Shown: positions 1 to 8,058 of the stretch, in pieces
Position numbering within the stretch: the stretch's first letter is position 1
Layout: each line of letters opens with the position of its first letter
From: a bacterium
GTDB taxonomy: Bacteria > Bacillota > Clostridia > Christensenellales > UBA3700
NCBI GenBank assembly: GCA_963592135.1
Contig: CAVAVP010000015.1
Coordinates: forward strand, 3,272 to 67,271
Direction: 5' to 3'
DNA length: 64,000 nucleotides
The notes under the pieces: model-generated
The model's database searches: none
What the model saw: only the letters and a program-made list of their open reading frames with translations
Told to the model about the DNA's origin: nothing
Program-made: the position numbers and the translations under genes

Positions 1-2
1 AT

Positions 3-1808
3 GTGCAAGAGTTTAGTAAAATCTATGATCAATACAAAGGTATAAGTATTGGTAGATTTCCTATATTATCACTTTGCTATCTATATGATGCTAGAAAAAT
101 TATTAAGCAATATGAAAAGAAATTATTACAAGTAAAAAGTTATGAAAGAGTATCTTTAGATTTAGATATATTTAGCGACTTTAGAAAGATAGCTGAAAGG
201 TGTATAAGATTATATTCCAAGGACGAAATAGTACATCCTCTTGAAATGCTTTTAATATTAGGAAAAGTGGCAAGATTAGAAAAAGTTTATTCATTATCTT
301 ATAAAACAAATAATGTAGTTGAGAACTTAAAATTAATACAAAAAATAAAAACAGATGAGGAAATTAATCCAACTGAAACTATAATAAAAGTTCCAAAACC
401 AAAGTTAGGTTATAAAAGGAAAAAGGCAATAGGGTTAATAGCTCTGTTTTGTGTTTTTATGATAGTTGTGTTTTCAGGTTTATCTATATTTGCTTTGTAC
501 CTTGGAACGGGAAGTGATAAATATCCACTAAGAGTAACAAATGAATTGCAGTTTAAAAAAGCAGTCGAAGGGGGAAAGTCTATAATTCTTCAAAAAGATA
601 TAGAGATAAACAATTTAAATCTTGATGTTTATAAAAGCATAATAGATGGCAATGGACACACCTTAACTATTAATAATTCTTCATCTTTTATAAACACATT
701 AAGTGGAACCATACAAAATATAACTATTAAAGTTAGTAAAAACTTAGCAGTAAATACAGATTTTGCTTATATTAAAGAAAATAAAGGTACAATAAAAAAT
801 GTAAATCTTGTTATAAATGGCGGATTTACAAGTTCTTTAAAAGAAGATAAATATTTAGGCCTTTCTATTTTAGTATTAACTAACACGGATTCTGGATTAA
901 TAAAAAATGTACAAGTGTCTGGAGAGATAAATTTATCTTCAGTTGGAAATGAAAGTACGCAATTTGCAATTTTTGCTTATGAAAATAATGGAACAATAGA
1001 AAATTGCACATCAAGTGCAAATATAACTACATCACTTGTAGACACATCAGTTTTTGCTTATTCAAATTTGGGCGAGGTAAAAGGTTGTAAAAATAGTGGA
1101 AATATAGACTATTCAACGCAAAATATTTCTTGGAAACCACTTGTATCATGTGTAGTTGGAATCAATGAAGGTGGAAACGTAAGCGATTGTGAAAATGAAG
1201 GAACAATTAAGATAAATGTAAGTGAAAATAAAACTGGAGTTTACATCGGAGGTATTGCAATATATAACTATGGAACAATTACTCATTGTAAAAATACAGG
1301 CAAACTAAATATAGATATTGTTTTGTCTGTTGTGTATGCAGGTGGAATTGCAGCATTAAATTTGTCGGGCTATTCGTATGGTTATTTGTGCCAAGGAATA
1401 ATTGAAAATTGTGTATCTATTTATGATATAGACTTAAGTGTATCAAATGAAAACTCATATGTCTATATGGGAGGTATAGTTGGTGTTAATAGTGCCTATA
1501 ATGATGGATGGAGTTATTACTATCCAGGTTATATTAATAATAGTATTGCTGTTATTAATTCCTTAAATTCAAATGGTGCAAGTGATAATAAATATATTTA
1601 TGGTTTAGTAGGATTGGTTGAAAGAATAAGCGGAGAGAATAATGCTTATCTTAAAACTAGTCAAATAGAAGGAGCGATGGCTACAACATATCAAGCTATA
1701 GAAGAGGGAAAAATAGTTAATAAACGTAAAATTTACGAAGAGTATGAAGGCTTAGTTTCAAAGTTTAGTGATATTGAAGAAATAAATAAATTGGAGATTT
1801 ATTGGTAA
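3..1808 (+). CDS. Membrane-anchored surface protein with Cys-containing GLUG/beta-helix-like repeats; 5' end probably cut by the window edge
   Basis: ORF is open to the window edge. One TM helix (AIGLIALFCVFMIVVFSGLSIFALYLG). The ectodomain carries at least 5 degenerate repeats of the form N-x-G-x-I-x-x-C-x-N-x-G-x-I (NNGTIENCTSSANI, NLGEVKGCKNSGNI, EGGNVSDCENEGTI, NYGTITHCKNTGKL, QGIIENCVSIYDI). Confidence 0.6.
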   Translation: MQEFSKIYDQYKGISIGRFPILSLCYLYDARKIIKQYEKKLLQVKSYERVSLDLDIFSDFRKIAERCIRLYSKDEIVHPLEMLLILGKVARLEKVYSLSYKTNNVVENLKLIQKIKTDEEINPTETIIKVPKPKLGYKRKKAIGLIALFCVFMIVVFSGLSIFALYLGTGSDKYPLRVTNELQFKKAVEGGKSIILQKDIEINNLNLDVYKSIIDGNGHTLTINNSSSFINTLSGTIQNITIKVSKNLAVNTDFAYIKENKGTIKNVNLVINGGFTSSLKEDKYLGLSILVLTNTDSGLIKNVQVSGEINLSSVGNESTQFAIFAYENNGTIENCTSSANITTSLVDTSVFAYSNLGEVKGCKNSGNIDYSTQNISWKPLVSCVVGINEGGNVSDCENEGTIKINVSENKTGVYIGGIAIYNYGTITHCKNTGKLNIDIVLSVVYAGGIAALNLSGYSYGYLCQGIIENCVSIYDIDLSVSNENSYVYMGGIVGVNSAYNDGWSYYYPGYINNSIAVINSLNSNGASDNKYIYGLVGLVERISGENNAYLKTSQIEGAMATTYQAIEEGKIVNKRKIYEEYEGLVSKFSDIEEINKLEIYW

Positions 1809-2029
1809 TGAAAGAAGATGTAGCAAAAATAATTTTTTATTTATCTACAATTGTCTTAGGAATATTAGATGTAATATTTATCATTTTTAGTGCAATTTTC
1901 TTATGTTTAGTATTAACTGGAGTGATTTTAGGAACAAAGGTGTTCATTATTTTGTTATTTATTCTTGCTGGACTTAATGCTTCGTTTTTAATATATATTC
2001 CTATCTATCTTAAAATTAGAAAAGACTAG
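1808..2029 (+). CDS. Small hydrophobic membrane protein (73 aa), translationally coupled to the upstream surface protein
   Basis: ATG at 1808 overlaps the upstream TAA (TAATG), with GGAG about 11 nt upstream. The sequence is almost entirely hydrophobic (2-3 predicted TM segments). Confidence 0.5.
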   Translation: MKEDVAKIIFYLSTIVLGILDVIFIIFSAIFLCLVLTGVILGTKVFIILLFILAGLNASFLIYIPIYLKIRKD

Positions 2030-2088
2030 TTAAAAATGTTATATGTTTTTCTTAATATATGCTATACTTTCCGTATTATAGGTGGTAT

Positions 2089-3819
2089 ATGCGTAAGTTA
2101 CTAAAATTTTTAAAACCCTATAGGGCCCAATGTATAATTGCGCCTTTATTTAAGTTTTTAGAAGCATGCTTTGAGATTATAGTCCCAATATTAATGAAGG
2201 TAATAATCGATGAAGGTATTCCAAATGGGGATTCAGCATTAATATATAAGTACATAATTTTTATTTTATGTATGGGAGCGCTTGGTTTGACAGTTTCTTG
2301 TATTTCTCAATATTTTTCAGCTGTTGCTGGAATGGGTATGGGAACTGTTTTGAGAAGAGAAGCTTTTTCTCATTTAAATACTTTAACTAATAAAGATATC
2401 GATGAGTTAGGTTCTTCTACATTAGTTACAAGATTAACATCAGATATAAATCAAGTATCAACAGGTGTTAATAGATTTTTAAGATTATTCTTAAGATCAC
2501 CATTTATTATTATAGGTACTGTTGTTATGTCGTTTGTTATTGATGTATACATGGGAATTATAGTACTTGCTTCAGTTCCTCTTATATTTTTAATAATTTG
2601 GTTTGTAAGCAAAGTTACAGTGCCAAGTTATAAAAATATTCAAAAAGATGTAGATAACGTTTCACTAAAATCTAAAGAGAATCTTGAAGGTATAAGAGTT
2701 ATAAGAGCATTCTCAAGACAAAACGACGAACAAGAAGAGTTTGATAAAACAATAAATAGTGTTTCTAAAAAGCAAATTAAAGTTGCTAAAGTTTCAGCTC
2801 TTTTAAATCCATTAACTTATGCTGTTACTAATATTGCAATAGTAGTTGTTTTGTGGCTTGGTGGTGGATTTGTAAATAAGGGACGATTAACTGCCGGAGA
2901 AATTACAGCGATTGTTAACTATTTAATTCAAATTTTAAATGCAGTGGTTATGCTATCTAATTTAGTTGTTATTTTAGCAAAGACACAAGCATCTGCAATA
3001 AGAGTAAGCGACTTTTTAGATACAAAACCATCATTTAATGATGAGGGTAATTCGTACATTGAAGTAGACGAAAATAAACCTAAGATTGAGTTTAAAAATG
3101 TAGATTTTGCATATAATGAAGATAAACTGGTTTTAGAGAATTTAAACTTTACTATTAAAAAAGGTGAAACCATAGGGATTATAGGTGGTACAGGTAGTGG
3201 TAAAACGAGTTTAATTAATTTAATTCCAAGGCTTTATGATGTAACAGATGGTGAGATCCTTATAAATGGAGTAAATGTTAAAAAATATACATTTAATCAA
3301 CTTTGGTCAGAAGTAGCAATTGCTGTTCAACATTCAACATTATTTAAAGGTACTATTAGGAGTAATTTAAAAATCGCTAATAAAGATGCAAGTGATGAGG
3401 ATATGTATAGAGCATTAAAAATTGCTCAAGCTTATGACTTTGTTATGGAAAAGCAAGGTTTAGATACAGAAGTTGCAGCAAAAGGAGCAAACTTCTCTGG
3501 TGGCCAAAAACAAAGATTAAATATAGCAAGAGCGGTTGTTCAAAATCCAAAAATATTAATACTAGATGATTCATCATCAGCATTAGACTATGCTACTGAT
3601 TTAGAGTTGAGAAGATCTTTAAAGTCTTTAGAAGGATTAACGACAATAATTGTTTCTCAAAGAGTAGCCTCAGTTTTACAAGCAGATAAAATAATTGTAC
3701 TTGATGATGGTAAAGTTGCTGGAATTGGCTCTCATGATGAATTATTAGGAGCAAATACTGTTTATACGGAAATTTATGAATCACAAACAAGAAAGGAGGA
3801 CTCAAATGAAAAAGTTTAA
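2089..3819 (+). CDS. ABC exporter permease/ATPase subunit carrying the degenerate nucleotide-binding site of a heterodimeric multidrug-type exporter
   Basis: N-terminal 6-TM exporter domain. Walker A GGTGSGKTS, signature FSGGQKQR. Walker B ILILDD is followed by S rather than E, and the H-loop position reads SQR. Start chosen at ATG 2089 (AGGTGG just upstream); the track start at 2059 has no RBS. Confidence 0.9.
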   Translation: MRKLLKFLKPYRAQCIIAPLFKFLEACFEIIVPILMKVIIDEGIPNGDSALIYKYIIFILCMGALGLTVSCISQYFSAVAGMGMGTVLRREAFSHLNTLTNKDIDELGSSTLVTRLTSDINQVSTGVNRFLRLFLRSPFIIIGTVVMSFVIDVYMGIIVLASVPLIFLIIWFVSKVTVPSYKNIQKDVDNVSLKSKENLEGIRVIRAFSRQNDEQEEFDKTINSVSKKQIKVAKVSALLNPLTYAVTNIAIVVVLWLGGGFVNKGRLTAGEITAIVNYLIQILNAVVMLSNLVVILAKTQASAIRVSDFLDTKPSFNDEGNSYIEVDENKPKIEFKNVDFAYNEDKLVLENLNFTIKKGETIGIIGGTGSGKTSLINLIPRLYDVTDGEILINGVNVKKYTFNQLWSEVAIAVQHSTLFKGTIRSNLKIANKDASDEDMYRALKIAQAYDFVMEKQGLDTEVAAKGANFSGGQKQRLNIARAVVQNPKILILDDSSSALDYATDLELRRSLKSLEGLTTIIVSQRVASVLQADKIIVLDDGKVAGIGSHDELLGANTVYTEIYESQTRKEDSNEKV

Positions 3820-5554
3820 TAGTTCTGCTTTTAATAAATTAATGAAATATACATTAAAGTATTGGAAATACTTATTATTGGTTATTTTTACGGCTTTAAT
3901 TGAGGTATTTGCATCTCTTTATTCTGTTATAAAGATTGGTGATGCAGTAGATTGTATGGTAGAGCAAGGAAATGTAAATTTTGATTTCTTATCTAAAATT
4001 TGTGTTTTAATTGGAGTTCTTGTACTTGTTTATGTATTATCGGAGTGGTTAATGGAATTATTTGCTTCAACAATAACATCAAATGTAGTTAAGGATATAA
4101 GACATAGTATGTTTGAAGCGATACAAAAAGTTCCTCTATCTTATATAGATTCTAATAAAACAGGAACCATTTTATCTAAAATGATAGTTGATGTAGATCA
4201 AATCTATGAAGGTCTTTTAATGTCATTTAACCAACTATTTTCAGGAATAGGAACAATACTTGCAACAATTGCTATTATGATGTCTATAAACTATAAGATA
4301 GGTTTAATCGTAGTATGTATAACTCCATTATCATTAGTAGTTGCAACTTTAATAAGTAAAAGCACACACAAATACTTTAAAAAACAATCAGAATTAAGAT
4401 CAGACATCTCGGCTCAAGTTACTGATGCTGCAACTAATCCAACACTTTACAAAACTTGTAATTTTGGTGACAGAAGTGAAGAGATATTTGATGATGCAAA
4501 CAAGACTTTAGAGAAAGTTTCAATTAAGGGAACGTTCTATTCATCTTTAACAAACCCATCAACAAGATTTATTAATAATGTTATTTACGCACTTGCTGGT
4601 CTTATAGGTGCATTTGCTGTAATAAATGGTGGAGCATTTAGTTTGACGGTAGGACAATTTACTATGTTTTTGACTTATGCTTTAAAATACGGAAAGCCAT
4701 TTAATGAAATATCGGATGTGTTTACTGAAATAGAAAGCGCTACAGCCTCAGCAGAACGTGTATTTGAAGTTATTGAAGCATTAAAAGAAAAAGAGGATAG
4801 CAGCGATGCTATCGTCTTAAAAGAAGTTCAAGGTAATATAGAATTAAAAGATGTTGCCTTTTCGTATACTAAAGATAAGAAATTAATAGAGAATTTAAAT
4901 TTAAATGCAAGCCATGGAACAAATATTGCAATAGTTGGAAGAACTGGTTGTGGTAAGACAACACTTATAAACTTACTTATGAGATTCTATGATATAGATG
5001 CGGGTTCAATAAAAGTAGATGGAAGTGACATATATGATGTTACTAGAAAAAGTTTAAGATCATCTTATGGAATGGTTTTACAAGAAAGTTATATTTTCTC
5101 AGGAACAATAAGAGATAATATTTTATTTGGAAGAAACGCAAGCGAGGATGAGATAATTGAAGCAGCTACAAAAGCTCATGCCTATAACTTTATAAAAAGA
5201 TTACCACAAGGCTTGGATACAGTAATATCTGAAGGTAGTAATTTATCTGAAGGTCAAAAGCAATTATTATGTATTGCAAGGGCAATGTTATATTTGCCAA
5301 ATATGTTGATATTAGACGAGGCTACATCTTCAGTAGATACAAGAACCGAAATAAAGATTCAACAAGCATTTGATGAAATGATGAAAGGAAGAACATGTTT
5401 TGTAGTTGCTCATAGATTATCTACAATTAAGAAAGCTGATTGTATTTTAGTTATGGATAAAGGTCACATAATAGAGCAGGGTACACATAGTGAACTTCTT
5501 AAAAAAGGTGGATTATATTCAGAGTTATATAATTCCCAATTTGCTAAAAATTAG
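3806..5554 (+). CDS. ABC exporter permease/ATPase subunit carrying the consensus nucleotide-binding site; partner of the upstream gene
   Basis: Walker A GRTGCGKTT, signature LSEGQKQL, Walker B plus catalytic Glu MLILDEATSS, H-loop VVAHRLST. ATG 3806 is preceded by AGGAGGA; the gene overlaps the 3' end of the upstream gene. Confidence 0.9.
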   Translation: MKKFNSSAFNKLMKYTLKYWKYLLLVIFTALIEVFASLYSVIKIGDAVDCMVEQGNVNFDFLSKICVLIGVLVLVYVLSEWLMELFASTITSNVVKDIRHSMFEAIQKVPLSYIDSNKTGTILSKMIVDVDQIYEGLLMSFNQLFSGIGTILATIAIMMSINYKIGLIVVCITPLSLVVATLISKSTHKYFKKQSELRSDISAQVTDAATNPTLYKTCNFGDRSEEIFDDANKTLEKVSIKGTFYSSLTNPSTRFINNVIYALAGLIGAFAVINGGAFSLTVGQFTMFLTYALKYGKPFNEISDVFTEIESATASAERVFEVIEALKEKEDSSDAIVLKEVQGNIELKDVAFSYTKDKKLIENLNLNASHGTNIAIVGRTGCGKTTLINLLMRFYDIDAGSIKVDGSDIYDVTRKSLRSSYGMVLQESYIFSGTIRDNILFGRNASEDEIIEAATKAHAYNFIKRLPQGLDTVISEGSNLSEGQKQLLCIARAMLYLPNMLILDEATSSVDTRTEIKIQQAFDEMMKGRTCFVVAHRLSTIKKADCILVMDKGHIIEQGTHSELLKKGGLYSELYNSQFAKN

Positions 5555-5630
5555 AAAAAGTTTAACTATATAATGGCTTATTAGCCAATCTGAATATCTG
5601 CTTAAGCTTAATTATGGTTATTATACTTTA

Positions 5631-5671
5631 TTGACAAATATTTTTACGAATAATTGACCAATATTTGTCAA
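5631..5671. repeat. Perfect 12-bp inverted repeat (TTGACAAATATT / AATATTTGTCAA) with a 17-nt spacer, in an orphan 430-bp spacer
   Basis: Read directly: arms at 5631-5642 and 5660-5671. The right arm is part of a near-palindrome, TTGACCAATATTTGTCAA (5654-5671). Function unknown. Confidence 0.7.
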
Positions 5672-5983
5672 TATAGTTGAGCAATATTTTAGTGTTGTTT
5701 TAACTTATATATTCCGTATTTTTTAGTAATATATTATATAAATGAGGTTATGTGGCTTTTGAGTGTGAGTTTTCTTTAGTGATGGCATTTTATTTTCGAT
5801 ATTTGCGGTATTCTGTTTTCTATATTTGCAACAAAAGCAAAAAAAACTTAAAAGTTAGGCCATGTTTTTGGTTAGATTTTTTTTATGTAAAGGCTGTCAA
5901 ACTATCCATAAATTTTATACTATTTGTCAAACCTTACGAATTTTCCAAATAATATTTTAAAATTAATATAAATAGCGTATTTA

Positions 5984-7141
5984 TTAATTATTTTCAGTAT
6001 TGTTTTGTGTTAAAGCAGGTTCTATGTTTTGTTGTTCGGTTGAACTCTCTATGTTTTGCGATTTATTTTCGATAGAGTTTTCTTGATTATCTAGAGTAAG
6101 TGTAGAGTTGCTTGTCTCAGTTTCTTGTTCTTGAGGTGTTGTTGTATGTTCAAGGTTTGGATTTTCTAACATTAACTCTTTTACTTTGTTCAAAGAAAGA
6201 GGAACGCCTATCTCTTCTTTTATATTTGCTGGCATTTGATCTTTTTTCCAAAGAAGGGAAGCATAAACAACTTTTTCCTCTGGAGTTATAGCTAATTTAT
6301 ATATTTTTAATTTGTTTTTCTTGTTCATACCAAAGCCTATATTTCTTTTAATACATTTAGGGTCGGTAATTTCTCTTATTCCATCTAATACGTCGGCTTC
6401 AAGTAAGGTGTTTTTAATTTCAGTTATGCAATCAGTTAAAATAAAGCCAGTTAGTACTATCATTGGAAGAAGTAAAGATAGAAGTAGGGCTAGTGTTGAA
6501 GATAGCCAATTTAAAACATGGGATAGAACTGATGCAGAGCCAGTGTCAACATATGAACCTAGTATATAATCTTCACGAATCCACCAAGAATCATCAACTG
6601 CATTTGAAGAGCCGTATGTTTGGAACCACCTAACACCATTTTCATCTTCCCAAACAGTCTTTATATGGTGAAATACAAGTGTTGATTCAGCCTTTGCGGC
6701 AGTTTTTATTTCGTTAGAATAAAATCCAAATGCTTGTTTAAATGAAACTTCGTAAGTTTTATTAGAGATTGTATCTGGCATAATTCTTTTACAACCACTT
6801 ATACTAAAATCTTTATAAGAAGGATAGTAGTCATAAAAAGCTATAATATCTCCATCTTTTAGAGTATCAGTGTTTGTAGCTCTAACTAAAACATTATCTC
6901 CGATATTAAAGCCGCTTTTTACCATTGAGCCTGATATAACTTGTAGATTGCTATATCCAAACATAGATGGAGGAGTATTTTGATTTTTACAGTTAAAACT
7001 TACTATAGAAAATAAAATACCAATCAACACTAAAAGAAAGCAAATAAGATCTAAAATGCTTCTTATGGTTAACTTGATTACACCAATAGCTGTAATCTTT
7101 GGTTTTTTAGATAGTGAATTTATGCTTTCAATATTTTCCAT
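5984..7141 (-). CDS. sipW: SipW-type (ER/archaeal-type, S26B) signal peptidase I with a ~190-aa C-terminal extension
   Basis: N-terminal TM anchor. Ser box QVISGSMVKSGFNIGDNVLV, His box TLVFHHIK, and YGSSNAVDDSWW corresponding to the GDNN..D box. A second TM (LALLLSLLLPMIVLTGFIL) is followed by a ~150-aa tail ending in Q/N/E/T-rich low complexity. Confidence 0.75.
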   Translation of the reverse strand: MENIESINSLSKKPKITAIGVIKLTIRSILDLICFLLVLIGILFSIVSFNCKNQNTPPSMFGYSNLQVISGSMVKSGFNIGDNVLVRATNTDTLKDGDIIAFYDYYPSYKDFSISGCKRIMPDTISNKTYEVSFKQAFGFYSNEIKTAAKAESTLVFHHIKTVWEDENGVRWFQTYGSSNAVDDSWWIREDYILGSYVDTGSASVLSHVLNWLSSTLALLLSLLLPMIVLTGFILTDCITEIKNTLLEADVLDGIREITDPKCIKRNIGFGMNKKNKLKIYKLAITPEEKVVYASLLWKKDQMPANIKEEIGVPLSLNKVKELMLENPNLEHTTTPQEQETETSNSTLTLDNQENSIENKSQNIESSTEQQNIEPALTQNNTENN

Positions 7142-7174
7142 AGTTTTGGTTTCTCTTGATATTATAAGAAATTA

Positions 7175-7213
7175 TGCACCCTAAATCAAATCGAAATAGA
7201 GTGCATTTTTTTT
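7175..7213 (-). terminator. Hairpin between the secreted-protein gene and sipW; possible partial or bidirectional terminator
   Basis: Plus-strand arms TGCACCCT (7175-7182) and AGAGTGCA (7198-7205) form an 8-bp stem with one wobble. T8 follows on the plus strand. On the minus strand an A-run precedes the stem and UAAUUUCUU follows it. Confidence 0.4.
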
Positions 7214-7239
7214 CATTCGTTTGTTTAATCAGATTTTGA

Positions 7240-7792
7240 TTAAGCTTTTACTTGAGCTTCAAGTACCCATGTAAATGTTCCATCTAAAACTGCAGATTTT
7301 AATGTATCTGTAACTGTAACTTTAACATAGTATACACTTGTAGCACCAGCTGCAACTGTAACTGAACTTGAAGAAGCTGCATATGTTACGCCATCAGCAC
7401 TGTATTCAACTGTCATATTTGTATCATCATTACCTGCTTTATAAGATAATGTAGCAATATATGGATTTTCTTCAGAAGAGTTTGTGAAATCAAACTTATA
7501 AACTACTGAATTGTTTTCTGCAGATAAATCTAAAGCTGTTGGGTTGATAGCTGTATTTTGATCAGCTGTTTCATAACCTGTGAATGTAGCTGTACCTTTT
7601 AATGTGTCAGACTTATAGCTTTCTGTAATCTTTACTGAACCAACTACATGTTTAGCAACGTATGTAACGTTAACTCCTGAAGTTGTTGTTTGTCTTTCGT
7701 AAGCGAATACTGCTACTGCAGAAACTGTCATCATGATCATAACTAAGCATAAAGCTGCTAATGATACTATTAATCTTTTCTTTGTTGTCATA
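7240..7792 (-). CDS. Small secreted beta-rich protein (183 aa); candidate dedicated SipW substrate or fibre subunit (TasA/camelysin-like in architecture only)
   Basis: AAGGAG lies 9 nt upstream of the ATG at 7792; the track start at 7812 would contain this RBS. Basic n-region, hydrophobic core LIVSLAALCLVMIMMTVSAVAVFA, then a T/S/V/Y-rich alternating sequence typical of beta-sandwich proteins. It sits directly upstream of sipW. Confidence 0.5.
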
Positions 7793-7906
7793 GTTTTTTT
7801 CTCCTTAAACAATTAAATTTTATTTCATAGTTTTAATTTTTTTTGAAACAGCAATTTTTATAATTTGTGCCATTTCGTTTTTGACACCTACATTCTATCG
7901 TTTAAG

Positions 7907-7940
7907 TAATTACAAAATAATTACAAACAAATTGTAATTT
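7907..7940. promoter_or_regulatory. Operator-like cluster: TAATTACAAA twice as direct repeats 11 bp apart, plus an inverted TTGTAATT
   Basis: Read directly: TAATTACAAA at 7907-7916 and 7918-7927, TTGTAATT at 7932-7939. The cluster lies in the 246-bp region upstream of the secreted-protein gene. Confidence 0.35.
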
Positions 7941-8021
7941 TTTGCAACATCTGCCAGATTATAGACAAAAATTGCCAAAAAAGCGAATTTTGCTTATGTT
8001 TTAACAAAAAAGGCTTGTAAT

Positions 8022-8052
8022 TATTAAAAAATAAAGCAACAAATTGTTGCGA
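8022..8052 (-). terminator. Rho-independent terminator after the 856-aa gene
   Basis: Minus strand: GCAACA-AUUU-UGUUGC stem-loop (plus-strand 8035-8050) followed by UUUAUUUUUU, 7 nt downstream of the stop codon. Confidence 0.6.
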
Positions 8053-8058
8053 TTTTTA

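Noticed and set aside
2928-3805. Two minus-strand ORFs (81 aa and 70 aa) inside the first ABC gene
   Set aside because: They are shadow ORFs antisense to a gene with complete ABC motifs.
5752-5952. 66-aa ORF in the orphan spacer
   Set aside because: It has a non-ATG start, no Shine-Dalgarno and an odd F/Y/K-rich composition. The region is reported as an unexplained spacer instead.
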